64,000 nt of DNA, taken from assembly GCA_001856825.1 (NCBI GenBank), contig ATMD01000001.1, positions 114,581 through 178,580 on the forward strand, written 5' to 3'. The translations under genes and the position numbers were made by a program. This DNA is from Thermoplasmatales archaeon I-plasma. Lineage in GTDB: Archaea; Thermoplasmatota; Thermoplasmata; Thermoplasmatales; GCA-001856825. The notes under the pieces are model-generated. The model did not search any database. It had not been told where the DNA came from and was given only the letters and a program-made list of their open reading frames with translations. Shown here piece by piece: positions 31,667-40,875 of this stretch (its first letter is position 1; each line of letters starts with the position of its first letter).

Positions 31667-32358
31667 TGTCTATTGTTGATACAGGAGTGGACGGATTGAA
31701 TACGATGCTGGGAGGAGGAATCCCAGAGGGTAGCTCAACCCTTGTCCTGGGAAGCTACGGAGCAGGAAAGACGACAATGGGAATACACTTCGCCTACAGG
31801 GGGGCATCTAAAGGCGAGAACGTTGTCTACTTCACGCTAGAGGAGAGGAAGGAGAGCATAATACAGGCATCAAAAACGTATAATATGGATTTCTCGCCTT
31901 ATCTCGACAATAATCTATTCCTTCTGAATCCAGATACTATAGAATTTGTAGAGATGCTCAAGACAGAAGGCAATTTCAAGTCAAGCATAGAGTCACTCAA
32001 GCCGAAGAGGATCGTGATAGACAGCATATCTCTGATCCTGATGGTTGCAGAAAATGATGTCCTGAAGAGGAACGTGATTATCAACTTGTCCAACGCCCTT
32101 AGGGATATGAAGGTAACATCTCTCCTCCTGGCTGAATCGAACGTATCCTTCCCGTACTCGAGCAGAGACGGTCTTGCTGAATTCGTGTCAGATGGCGTTA
32201 TTTCACTGCAGAACAAGTACGATGACAGCATTGGGTCTACAACCAGCATAATAAGGGTCTTAAAGATGAGGCTTACAAACCACGACAGGAAGGCAAGGCC
32301 TTACAGCATTGGATCAAACGGACTCGAGATACTTGCGAAATCTGAATTATTCCAGTAA
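31663..32358 (+). CDS. KaiC/RadA-like ATPase (intact motifs)
   Basis: GGGIPEGSSTLVLGSYGAGKTTMG (Walker A), VVYFTLEERKES (catalytic EE) and RIVIDSISLI (Walker B). It overlaps the preceding paralog by an ATGA. Confidence 0.85.
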   Translation: MMSIVDTGVDGLNTMLGGGIPEGSSTLVLGSYGAGKTTMGIHFAYRGASKGENVVYFTLEERKESIIQASKTYNMDFSPYLDNNLFLLNPDTIEFVEMLKTEGNFKSSIESLKPKRIVIDSISLILMVAENDVLKRNVIINLSNALRDMKVTSLLLAESNVSFPYSSRDGLAEFVSDGVISLQNKYDDSIGSTTSIIRVLKMRLTNHDRKARPYSIGSNGLEILAKSELFQ

Positions 32359-32363
32359 GCTCT

Positions 32364-33053
32364 CTAGAACAGTCCGAACTCTACCTTTTTTCCAGGAGCC
32401 CTTATCCAGTAGTCGCCTATCTCTTCCGTATTCTTTACATGAGTTCCAGCACATGCGCAAACGTCTAGGCCTTCAATCTCTACCACTGAAACTTCGTCTA
32501 TGGATTTTGGGAGCCTCTCGAGGTTGCATCTTGCCATCAGCTTTGGGTCCAGTTCGTTCCTCTTTACGAAATATCTCTTCAGGGAACGGGGAATCTTGCT
32601 TATATTGAATGCTTCATCTGCCAGCACTATTTCTGTTGAATCACTCTCAATGTATCCATATCCTGGGAAGACCTCTGTAACCAGTGATTTGTATCCATCC
32701 TTGAATATCACTGCGGAAATGGCGTGCTGAAGGGTGTGCATTTTCATTATTTTGTACCTTCTTTCCCAGTCCACGATAAGTTTCCCTTCTTTGATGTCCA
32801 CTTCTTCGCTGGAAAGATGAATGACATTCTTTCCCTTCTTTTTGACGTTATGGATGGGTATCTTGATATCACCAGAAATGAGCAATCCCCTGTCGCCTGG
32901 CTGTCCACCGCCTTGGTAGTGCATTATGGTCCTGTCAAGAACGTATCCGCCGCCTTCAAATCCCAGAACCTTTACGTCTATCTCCCTGACGTACGATCCA
33001 TCTATACCCTGGAGGTAGATTAATTGACCTCCATCACTCAATAAATGTTTCAC
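32364..33053 (-). CDS. AlaX-like tRNA editing-domain protein (COG2872-type), paralog 2
   Basis: HxxxH (MHTLQHAIS) and CxxxH (CACAGTHVKNT) zinc motifs. The N-terminal barrel region aligns with paralog 1 (VLDRTIMHYQGGGQPGD versus [17 protein letters not shown]). Confidence 0.75.
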   Translation of the reverse strand: MKHLLSDGGQLIYLQGIDGSYVREIDVKVLGFEGGGYVLDRTIMHYQGGGQPGDRGLLISGDIKIPIHNVKKKGKNVIHLSSEEVDIKEGKLIVDWERRYKIMKMHTLQHAISAVIFKDGYKSLVTEVFPGYGYIESDSTEIVLADEAFNISKIPRSLKRYFVKRNELDPKLMARCNLERLPKSIDEVSVVEIEGLDVCACAGTHVKNTEEIGDYWIRAPGKKVEFGLF

Positions 33054-33639
33054 CTTTCTTGTAGTTGCTCTTGATATCGTCTATTATAATGTCCCTGTTC
33101 CTCCTCAACTGGCTCTCGTACCATTTTGATATCACGTTCAGCAGTATCTCTTCAAGTTCCTCTATCTTTGCCGCCTTCATTGGGGATTCATAGAGGATGT
33201 ACTGGGTAAAGTACCTGTGCCAACCTGTATACCTGTCGTACTTCTCCCCCTCTGAAAACTCGAAAAGAACTGAAATGCTTTCGTTCTCTTCCTTCTTGTA
33301 GATGATCTTGAGAGCATCTCCTACCCTTTCTACTTCCCCGGCAGTATCCTTGAATGATATGTTGCTCACATTCTCGAAGAAGAAGTCATTGCTCAACTGG
33401 AATTTTTCCGGGTAGCTAGTGAATTCGAGCCACTTGTTTGGCGGGGGGTCTATAGTGAAATGTATGTTCTGCTTGTTGAATCTCACCCAGGTCTGCCACA
33501 AATCAGTGAGGATTCTCTTGTTCATTTCTGATTTCTTGCCTGTGGTGAGTGAACTTTCCTTCATTACTTCCTTCTCTTTCTTAGTGAGTTGCTCATCGAG
33601 CTTAGAAAACCAGTCCTTAGGTTGCTCTGTTGCCGGCAT
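33034..33639 (-). CDS. Hypothetical protein
   Basis: 201-aa ORF with no recognised motif. Its 3' end overlaps the AlaX-like paralog 2 start by 20 nt, suggesting co-transcription. Confidence 0.5.
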   Translation of the reverse strand: MPATEQPKDWFSKLDEQLTKKEKEVMKESSLTTGKKSEMNKRILTDLWQTWVRFNKQNIHFTIDPPPNKWLEFTSYPEKFQLSNDFFFENVSNISFKDTAGEVERVGDALKIIYKKEENESISVLFEFSEGEKYDRYTGWHRYFTQYILYESPMKAAKIEELEEILLNVISKWYESQLRRNRDIIIDDIKSNYKKGETFIE

Positions 33640-33952
33640 TTATATCGTGAGAGTATTAAATAAGAAATATTAAACCTTTGAGTCAAACTATGTGGGTAAG
33701 GGAAGGGAGTCATGAAAAACCATGAATACAAGAGCTTTCATAAGTAGGTCTTCTATGCGATATGATGTTGAGGGGGAAACCGCTAAACTGTAGTCTTGTG
33801 GAACACGTTATTATCGCTTTGTCATAGGAATCATCAACCGCAGCACAAGTAGGTAATCAGCGGGGACGGGGAATCTAACATTGGGTCGTCGAGGGCTTTT
33901 TGATGAAGAGGGGGTAAGGACGCATCGCCTGCAGTTAACAAAAGCTTCCACT

Positions 33953-34567
33953 TTAAAGGAATGACGAGGCGCCATAAAAGAACATAACGCCCGCAAAGAC
34001 AATGAGAATGATGAACGAGAATATCCTCAGCAACGGAGAGTATCTGCTCCCTACCTTGTTCATTGTGTAAGGGAAGAGGACAATCCAGGTCAGCAATCCA
34101 AGGAAGAAGCCTCCAATGGACAGTAAAGTCATTCTCTGAATGAGGAAAAGACCAACGGTCACCCACCAGATTATCTGGAATGGATTGGTAATGCCCATAG
34201 ATAGGCCCACAAAATAGTTCCCCTTTGGAGTCTTCGATGGCATCTTGGACCTTAGGACGGAAATTGAAAGATATATCATCACAACCCCCCCAAAGAGGTA
34301 GAGATACTTGAATGTCCAGTCTGGTATAATAACTCTGCCGAAGTAAAGCAGTATCAGGAAGATGAAATCTGCCGTCATGGCCCCGGCTCCCACGCTTGAG
34401 CCATGAAGAACCGATTTTGAAGATTCATTCATTATAATTGCGTTCACCGGACCAGGCGGGGCTGCAAGTGATAGCCCAAGCACAAATCCGATCAGGGGAA
34501 GGTAAATGATGTTCAAAATCACTGCTTTTAATTTGTGCTTTGTATTAAACGATTGCTTCACGTGCAA
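33953..34567 (-). CDS. LysE/RhtB-family amino-acid exporter
   Basis: 204 aa with about 6 TM helices and the N-terminal LysE signature LGLSLAAPPGPVNAIIMNES. Confidence 0.65.
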   Translation of the reverse strand: MHVKQSFNTKHKLKAVILNIIYLPLIGFVLGLSLAAPPGPVNAIIMNESSKSVLHGSSVGAGAMTADFIFLILLYFGRVIIPDWTFKYLYLFGGVVMIYLSISVLRSKMPSKTPKGNYFVGLSMGITNPFQIIWWVTVGLFLIQRMTLLSIGGFFLGLLTWIVLFPYTMNKVGSRYSPLLRIFSFIILIVFAGVMFFYGASSFL

Positions 34568-34607
34568 CCTAAAAATCAGATGCTGAACAGAAACGCTAAA
34601 AGATGAT

Positions 34608-34682
34608 ATGCTCCGGCCGGGATTTGGACCCGGGTCGTCGGCTCGAAAGGCCGATATGCTTGGCCGGACTACACCACCGGAG
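34608..34682 (-). tRNA. tRNA-Glu (anticodon UUC)
   Basis: The reverse complement folds as GCTCCGG/TG/GTGT-AGTCCGGCCAA-GCAT/A/TCGGC-CTTTCGA-GCCGA/CGAC/CCGGG-TCCAAAT-CCCGG/CCGGAGC/A. A TTTATA element sits ~26 nt upstream on the minus strand (about 34709-34716). Confidence 0.9.
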
Positions 34683-34923
34683 CTGAACGAACGATAACAT
34701 CGCTTGTTATAAATTATTAGCGTTCAAGTAGCTTAGATAGGTGAAGTAGCCCCAGAGTACTGGAAAATACTTCCCCGGTAAATGAAATCAAGAACTAAGT
34801 CCAAGAATGAAAAAGTTACGCTTTTGGGTAATTTAAATAGAAATTATGTTAATTTAAAGTCGAAATACGACAAAATTAAAGTAATCATAATCCCTTACAA
34901 AACGAAACTCTGAGGGAACAAGA

Positions 34924-35769
34924 ATGAATCTTACCGTTGAGCCGTATATGACCAAGAAGCCATTTACACTAAAACTGCCAGCTTCAGTTTCGGACGCGAT
35001 GCAAATAATGGCAAGCAAAGATGTGGCCGCAGTTCCAGTTACAGACCCTAAGGGAAACTATGCAGGAATAGTTTCTAGAAGGGACATACTGGAACACCCT
35101 AAGGAAGACGAACTGTCACTGCTGATGAGGACTGACCTTCCGAAACTAACTTCAAAGGATACTTTGGATAAAGCAGTCGGCCTGTTCACCAAGATACTGA
35201 GAAGGCATCTGGTCATAGTGGACAACAAGAAAATATCTGGAATAATAACGCCATACGATCTACTGGATGCGGTAATATCCAAGAAGGTCGAAATACCCAT
35301 ATCAAAGCTGGTGACAAGGAATGCCATTCCCCTCCACATCAAGTCAACCGCTAAGATGGTTGAGAGGGTCATCAAGCTCACGAAGATAACTGCATTCCCG
35401 GTCCTGGACAACAATGGGAATCTGGTAGGGCTGGTAACGGAGAGGGACCTGCTGAACGGGGCAAACCTGGATTCAAAGACTGTTTCGACTCAGCTGGGAA
35501 TAGGGGAAGATGATGATGCGTGGAGCTGGGAAAGCCTCAGGGATATATACACATTCTACTACACCATAAGGGACCTCGAAATTCCCAATGTTGAGGTCGA
35601 GAAGATCATGGTAAAGAATCCCATATCAATTTTCGAAGGCGCATCAGCATATGATGCAGCGAGGATCATGAAGAAGAACAAGTTCACCCAGCTTCCTGTC
35701 AGGGACGTGGACGATGAGCTCAGCGGAATGGTTTATGACTTTGACATCATATCATCGTTGATAAAATGA
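34924..35769 (+). CDS. CBS-domain protein (four CBS repeats)
   Basis: Repeated CBS patterns: VPVTDPKGNYAGIVSRRDIL, LVIVDNKKISGIITPYDLL, FPVLDNNGNLVGLVTERDLL and LPVRDVDDELSGMVYDFDII. Confidence 0.85.
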   Translation: MNLTVEPYMTKKPFTLKLPASVSDAMQIMASKDVAAVPVTDPKGNYAGIVSRRDILEHPKEDELSLLMRTDLPKLTSKDTLDKAVGLFTKILRRHLVIVDNKKISGIITPYDLLDAVISKKVEIPISKLVTRNAIPLHIKSTAKMVERVIKLTKITAFPVLDNNGNLVGLVTERDLLNGANLDSKTVSTQLGIGEDDDAWSWESLRDIYTFYYTIRDLEIPNVEVEKIMVKNPISIFEGASAYDAARIMKKNKFTQLPVRDVDDELSGMVYDFDIISSLIK

Positions 35770-37403
35770 AGGGAGTGGACCAGGAAGAGATTGCTAGGAG
35801 AAGGGGCATTTATTTCCAGGGGTTCGGTATATACGGAGGCCTTTCGGGCCTGTTCGATTTTGGCCCGTACGGCTCACGCATGAAGGACAAGATTGTCCGG
35901 ACCTGGAAGGAAACGATGCTGTCAGAAGGAAACATAGCAGAATTCGACGGCACGACGATAACCCATACCCAGGTACTGAAGGCTTCCGGTCACTACGACA
36001 GGTTCTTCGATTTCTCCGTTGAATGCAAGAAGTGTGGTACAAAATATCGTGCGGACGACCTGGTTGAAAAGAGGGGAGTTAAGGTCACTCTTGACAGGGA
36101 CTGGCTGCAGAGCAAGATTACCGAGCTTGGAATAAAATGTGAGAAGTGCAACGGCGACCTGGGAGAAGTGAAGATACAGAAGCTGATGTTCCAGGTGGAT
36201 CAGGAAGAAGGCTCAGAGCCCCTCTTCCTGAGGCCAGAGACGGCACAGGGGATGTTCATAAATTTCAAGGAATACTACAGGTTTTTCAGGGAGAAGCTTC
36301 CATTTGCCATCATAACTGTTGGCAGGGGGTACAGGAACGAGATTTCACCGCGTAGGGCCCTGTACAGACTGCGTGAATTCAACATGATGGAATGCGAATC
36401 GTTCTTCGATCCGGAGAACGAAACGTGGGTGCATGATCCAGAAGACAGCATAGCCGTAACCTTCCTCACGAATGAGGGTAAAGAGATGAAGGCAACCCCT
36501 AAGGATGCTTATGAGAAGGGGATAGTGAAAAGCCATCCAATGGCATATTTCATGGGCCTAGCGCTGAGATTCTATTCCGCCGTTGGTATAGATATTGGAA
36601 GGATCAGGTTCAGGCAGCACAGGAAGGAAGAACTGAGCCACTACTCTTCTGAAACATGGGATGCCGAGTCTTTGACTGACCTGGGATGGATAGAGATAAC
36701 AGGTATTGCCCACAGGGGGACTTTCGATCTCACGAACCACATAAAGGCGTCTGGCAAGGACCTGTATGCACAAAGGGTCATACCAAGGAAGGAAGTCATT
36801 GAAAAGAAGAAGGAGATTGATTACCAGACGATTAAGGCAGAATTCCCCAAACAGTCTTCTAAGATTATTGCTGCAATGAAAGATGGAGCAAGCAGTCTTT
36901 CCATAGAAGGGAAGAACATTGACCTCAGAAGATTCCTTGTCGAGAAGGAAGAGAAGGTAGTAGTGGACAGGGAAAACTTTATCCCTGTTGTGATAGAGCC
37001 TGCTTTTGGACTGGACCGCATCATCTACACAATCCTTGACCACAACCTGTCAGTAAGGGAGGATTCAGGGTACGTCTGCCTCAAAATACCGTATTCAATC
37101 TCACCGTACGATGCAGCGATCCTGCCGCTGATGGCAAAGGACGGTTTGGACGTGAAGGCAAACTCGATCTTCGAGAACCTTTTGAAGCAAAAATTCTCAG
37201 TACTCTATGACGACTCCGGGTCCATAGGCAAGAGGTATTCGAGATACGATGAGGTCGGCATTCTCTACTGCATCACGGTCGATTACGACACCCTGAAGAA
37301 CGGCGATGTGACGATAAGGCACAGGGATACACGGGTACAGATCAGGATAAAGATTGACGAAATTCCCGATTACCTTGGAAGAAACCCATGGAATGGGAAA
37401 TAG
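35766..37403 (+). CDS. glyS: Glycyl-tRNA synthetase (archaeal/eukaryotic alpha2 type)
   Basis: RRRGIYFQGFGIYGGLSGLFDFGPYG, class II motif 2 GRGYRNEISPRRALYRLREFNMME, and motif 3 region PAFGLDRIIY. Its ATGA overlaps the CBS gene. Confidence 0.93.
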   Translation: MKGVDQEEIARRRGIYFQGFGIYGGLSGLFDFGPYGSRMKDKIVRTWKETMLSEGNIAEFDGTTITHTQVLKASGHYDRFFDFSVECKKCGTKYRADDLVEKRGVKVTLDRDWLQSKITELGIKCEKCNGDLGEVKIQKLMFQVDQEEGSEPLFLRPETAQGMFINFKEYYRFFREKLPFAIITVGRGYRNEISPRRALYRLREFNMMECESFFDPENETWVHDPEDSIAVTFLTNEGKEMKATPKDAYEKGIVKSHPMAYFMGLALRFYSAVGIDIGRIRFRQHRKEELSHYSSETWDAESLTDLGWIEITGIAHRGTFDLTNHIKASGKDLYAQRVIPRKEVIEKKKEIDYQTIKAEFPKQSSKIIAAMKDGASSLSIEGKNIDLRRFLVEKEEKVVVDRENFIPVVIEPAFGLDRIIYTILDHNLSVREDSGYVCLKIPYSISPYDAAILPLMAKDGLDVKANSIFENLLKQKFSVLYDDSGSIGKRYSRYDEVGILYCITVDYDTLKNGDVTIRHRDTRVQIRIKIDEIPDYLGRNPWNGK

Positions 37404-38134
37404 AGCTGGCAGAGGCCCTTGAGAGGGGCATACAGGAAATCCGGGATGGGACAGGAGTATTGTTTTCCGGTGGATTAGACAGCTCTTTCATAGCATTCCT
37501 GGCGAATAAACAGAGCAGGAAGGTGAGTTTGCATTCTTCAGGAACGTCGAATTCCCACGACAAGCAGTGGACAAAAAAGGCTGCAGGAATGCTCGGCCTC
37601 CCCCTTGAATTTTATGAGAAGAACGATGAAGATATAGTAAATGGACTATCTGAGATCAAGAAGCTAACAGGGGAAAAATCACCCATGCTGCTGTTAATAG
37701 AGCTCCCCCTGTACTTCGTCACTAAACAATCAGATTGTCCAGTCATGGCCTCAGGACAGGGGGCAGATGAACTGTTCCTGGGGTACAAGAAATATGAAAC
37801 AGAGGACACTTCAAAGGAAGACATCAGGAAAGTAATTGAATACGTGGTCCCCATGGAAATGAAGATAGCTAGGTCAAATGGGAAGGAGCTTCTCTACCCA
37901 TACCTTCAGAGGGATGTCATCGAGGTGGCTAATAAGATTCCTTTTGAAGGACTAGTCAGCGATGGAAAGAGGAAGATTGCACTTCGCAACGCTGCCTCAA
38001 AATTGGGGATGAATGATGAAATTGCATGGAAGCAGAAGAAGGCATCACAATATTCATCAGGTTTCAAGGACGCAGTCGATAGGATTGCAAGGAAGGAGAA
38101 AAGGACTGTTCACGAGTTTATCAGCGACCTGTAG
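37388..38134 (+). CDS. Stand-alone PP-loop ATP pyrophosphatase, asparagine-synthase C-domain-like
   Basis: PP-loop VLFSGGLDSSFIAFLA and AsnB-like ASGQGADELFLGYKKY. There is no N-terminal glutaminase domain. Its start overlaps the glyS end by 16 nt. Confidence 0.65.
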   Translation: MEWEIELAEALERGIQEIRDGTGVLFSGGLDSSFIAFLANKQSRKVSLHSSGTSNSHDKQWTKKAAGMLGLPLEFYEKNDEDIVNGLSEIKKLTGEKSPMLLLIELPLYFVTKQSDCPVMASGQGADELFLGYKKYETEDTSKEDIRKVIEYVVPMEMKIARSNGKELLYPYLQRDVIEVANKIPFEGLVSDGKRKIALRNAASKLGMNDEIAWKQKKASQYSSGFKDAVDRIARKEKRTVHEFISDL

Positions 38135-39393
38135 CGGTCAAATATCTCCTCATTTTTCTTCCTGATCTCATCAATGTTCAATCCAGAATATTTACCCTCC
38201 GAATAAACGAGTTTTCCATTAACTATTGTCTGCTCCACATCATTACCGGTGGAAGAATAAATCAAGATGCTCTCTGCATTGTCCGTTCTCAAAGGGACCT
38301 GTCCTACTTCCCCGCCTACAACAACGATATCAGCAAGTGCACCCTCCCTCAAAACTCCTGCATTCTTCCCAAGCACCTTCCACGGGTTCTTAGTCATGAA
38401 GTCTATGACCTGGTGGGGCGGAAGAACTGATCCTTCCTCCCTGTAGTTCTTTTGGAGAAGGGAGGAGAGTTTGGCGTTCTCGAGCATGTCCAATGAGTTG
38501 CCTGTTGCAGCGGAGTCTGTCCCTAGAGTGACGTTAACGCCGTGCTGTACCATCTCAACCAACGGGGCAAAATTCCCGTTCGCGAGTTTCATGTTGCTAA
38601 CGGGGTTGTTCACAGCAGTCAAACCATTTTTTCCCATTATCTTGATCTCATTCAGTGTGACATATATCGTGTGGGCAGCTATCAGCCTGTTGCTCAGGAA
38701 CCCTAGAGCATCCAAGTATTCCACCGGCCTCTTTTTCTCCTTCTTCACAATGTCATAGACCTCCCTCCTGTTCTCGCTCAGGTGTATTGTGTACGGAAGG
38801 TCGTACCTGTCGGCGAGGTCCTTTGATGCTATCAGGTCATCCCTTTCGCATGAATATATGCCATGAGGTGCAGGAATGGGCGTCACAAGATCGTTTCCCC
38901 TGAACCTCTGGATGAATTGCTCAGCGTTTTTCAGAGGATCACCTTTCTGGGTTGTCTGGTTCTTGTTAACTATGCTCCAACCTAGGTATGACCGAATGCC
39001 GGCTTCCTGTGCTGCCTTGGCTACCATATCCTCCCCGTAGTACATGTCAAGGAATGTGGTTGTCCCCTTCCTCAGCATTTCTGCTATCCCCAGCTTGCTT
39101 CCAAAATAAAGCTCCTCATCCGTCCTTACTGCATCCAGTTTGAATCCTGTATCTAGGAATCTGGAGAAGGGCATATCGTCCAGGAGAGTCCTCATGTTGG
39201 TCATCGCAACATGGGTGTGCATATTCACAAAACCTGGGGATATGATCTTGTTTTCGCAGTTTATGACGTAGTCAGATTCCACACCCACCCTTTCCGAAAT
39301 TTGGGAGATGATATTATCGTCTATGAACAGGTCCATCTTCTTTGGCACGTGGTCCTCAGTCAGAAGGATGCCGTTCTTCAACAGGATCTGCAT
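38110..39393 (-). CDS. Amidohydrolase-superfamily deaminase (MTA/SAH deaminase or chlorohydrolase-like)
   Basis: Metal site PGFVNMHTHVAM, later YTIHLSENRRE, HTIYVT and GTDSAATGNSLDM. This is the pattern of the MtaD/SsnA/guanine deaminase group. Confidence 0.75.
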   Translation of the reverse strand: MQILLKNGILLTEDHVPKKMDLFIDDNIISQISERVGVESDYVINCENKIISPGFVNMHTHVAMTNMRTLLDDMPFSRFLDTGFKLDAVRTDEELYFGSKLGIAEMLRKGTTTFLDMYYGEDMVAKAAQEAGIRSYLGWSIVNKNQTTQKGDPLKNAEQFIQRFRGNDLVTPIPAPHGIYSCERDDLIASKDLADRYDLPYTIHLSENRREVYDIVKKEKKRPVEYLDALGFLSNRLIAAHTIYVTLNEIKIMGKNGLTAVNNPVSNMKLANGNFAPLVEMVQHGVNVTLGTDSAATGNSLDMLENAKLSSLLQKNYREEGSVLPPHQVIDFMTKNPWKVLGKNAGVLREGALADIVVVGGEVGQVPLRTDNAESILIYSSTGNDVEQTIVNGKLVYSEGKYSGLNIDEIRKKNEEIFDRYRSLINS

Positions 39394-39421
39394 GAATTGC
39401 TATAGCCTCTTGTTATATATT

Positions 39422-40483
39422 TCATTTGAAGAGTATCAGAAAACCTGCTACCGCAGTCACTGCAAGGAAAAGGAAGGAATACTTGTTGAACTTGAGGAAG
39501 TTTTTGCCAGACAGGTTCCTCAGAGCGATGATATTTGCAAGAGAAGCAACAACGGTGCCGTTCCCGCCTATGTTCACACCGTAAGACAATATAGCAAATG
39601 ATGAAGCCTTCCCTAGGAGAACAGTCGTGGGAACATTCGATATGACCTGCGAAAGGAGGATGGAGGAGAGGAATGACTGCATTCCGTCCAGCGTTGGGAT
39701 GGTTACAAGAAGCCTTACAGAGTTCATCACGAGGAATATGAGGATGAAAACTACAATGAGAATGTAGTCCACCTTCACTATAGTCTTCGGCTCAAAGAGC
39801 ATGAGGGAGACCATGGAAACTGCAATAACCACTACAAAGAGGTATATAGGTGCATTGAGCAGCATCCCGAGGATAGTGGAGACAAGCAGTGCGGCGAATA
39901 GCGCAAAGAAGAATGCATGGGGTTTCTGCGCATTCTCCTGTGAGACGAATTTCTCATCCTTGAATACTAGAGAAAATAGAACAAGTATTATCATTGAAAC
40001 CAGGAAAATTGGTGCCATAGTCCTTACAAATTCAAAGAAATTCAATGAAAACAACCTGAACATTATGATGTTCTGTGGATTACCGAACGGCATCAGCATG
40101 GAACCGACGTTAGCAGCTATTGCCTGGAATATTATTACGTCATCAATGTTCTTACCTGCAAATCTTCCAATCGCAATTGTTATTGGGATGAGGACGAGGA
40201 GGGAAACGTCGTTTGTCAGGAACATCGCAACTAACGACGTTAGGAGGATGGAAATAATCATGAGTTTCCTCCTGCCGTTCGTAAATTTCATGATGGTGTA
40301 TGCGACGTAATTCAGTCCACCTGTGTACATCAGCCCCGTGTTAACGACAATGAGCGAAGATAGTATGGCGATTGTGTCCCAGTCGACCAGTCCAGTTGAA
40401 TAGATGCTTCTCCTCAGCAAAATGATGACTATGTATGAAATTCCCAGGACGAGGAGCAGAATCCTGTTTACTGTTATCTTCAT
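39422..40483 (-). CDS. ArsB/NhaD-superfamily (CitMHS-like) anion/ion permease
   Basis: 353-aa polytopic protein carrying FLTNDVSLLVLIPITIAIG and GNPQNIIM, motifs typical of the ArsB/NhaD permease fold. Confidence 0.6.
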   Translation of the reverse strand: MKITVNRILLLVLGISYIVIILLRRSIYSTGLVDWDTIAILSSLIVVNTGLMYTGGLNYVAYTIMKFTNGRRKLMIISILLTSLVAMFLTNDVSLLVLIPITIAIGRFAGKNIDDVIIFQAIAANVGSMLMPFGNPQNIIMFRLFSLNFFEFVRTMAPIFLVSMIILVLFSLVFKDEKFVSQENAQKPHAFFFALFAALLVSTILGMLLNAPIYLFVVVIAVSMVSLMLFEPKTIVKVDYILIVVFILIFLVMNSVRLLVTIPTLDGMQSFLSSILLSQVISNVPTTVLLGKASSFAILSYGVNIGGNGTVVASLANIIALRNLSGKNFLKFNKYSFLFLAVTAVAGFLILFK

Positions 40484-40825
40484 CTAAAGCGTGTTCTTCA
40501 GTAAAGTGTCCAGCTCCGGCCCGATTGCCTTCAGTATGGACTTAACCATCTCATCCCTGAACGATTCGGGCATCGAGATCAGGCCGAGCTCAGCCACAAC
40601 CTTCAGTATCTTCCCCTGGGCCCCGGCTTCAAGTAACTTCCCTCTTGTGTAGTCCTTTATGGCGTCCTTGAGCTCCTCTTCCATTCTTGGATTGGCTTTG
40701 AGTCTCTCCTTGATCCTTTCCTTTATTTCGTCCTTGTAGAGTTCCTGGATAGCCTGCACAATTATCTCGTCGGAAATCATTAGTTTCTTCGAATCTTCAA
40801 AGATGAAATTGTCGTCTTTGGCCAT
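40484..40825 (-). CDS. Small charged alpha-helical hypothetical protein
   Basis: 113 aa and K/E-rich (KERIKERLKANPRMEEELKDAIKDY). Its stop abuts the permease start codon with 0-nt spacing. Confidence 0.5.
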   Translation of the reverse strand: MAKDDNFIFEDSKKLMISDEIIVQAIQELYKDEIKERIKERLKANPRMEEELKDAIKDYTRGKLLEAGAQGKILKVVAELGLISMPESFRDEMVKSILKAIGPELDTLLKNTL

Positions 40826-40875
40826 GAGAAGTTATACCTACTCAATATTATAACTATTCTTCTCGCAGGCTGCAA

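Noticed and set aside
33680-33950. Possible SRP RNA, RNase P RNA or C/D-box sRNA in the long spacer
   Set aside because: There is no GGAA-capped helix-8-like motif, no GAGGAAAGUCC-type CR-I element, and the UGAUGA-like hexamers lack CUGA boxes at guide-length spacing.
34829-34858. Direct repeat TAATTTAAA x2, spaced 21 nt apart, upstream of the CBS-domain gene
   Set aside because: These are short AT-rich words in an AT-rich promoter region and are likely to occur by chance. There is no supporting evidence for a regulatory role.
39801-40310. 169-aa plus-strand ORF
   Set aside because: It is antisense to the ArsB/NhaD-like permease and shows low-complexity mirror-of-hydrophobic composition. 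Shadow ORF.
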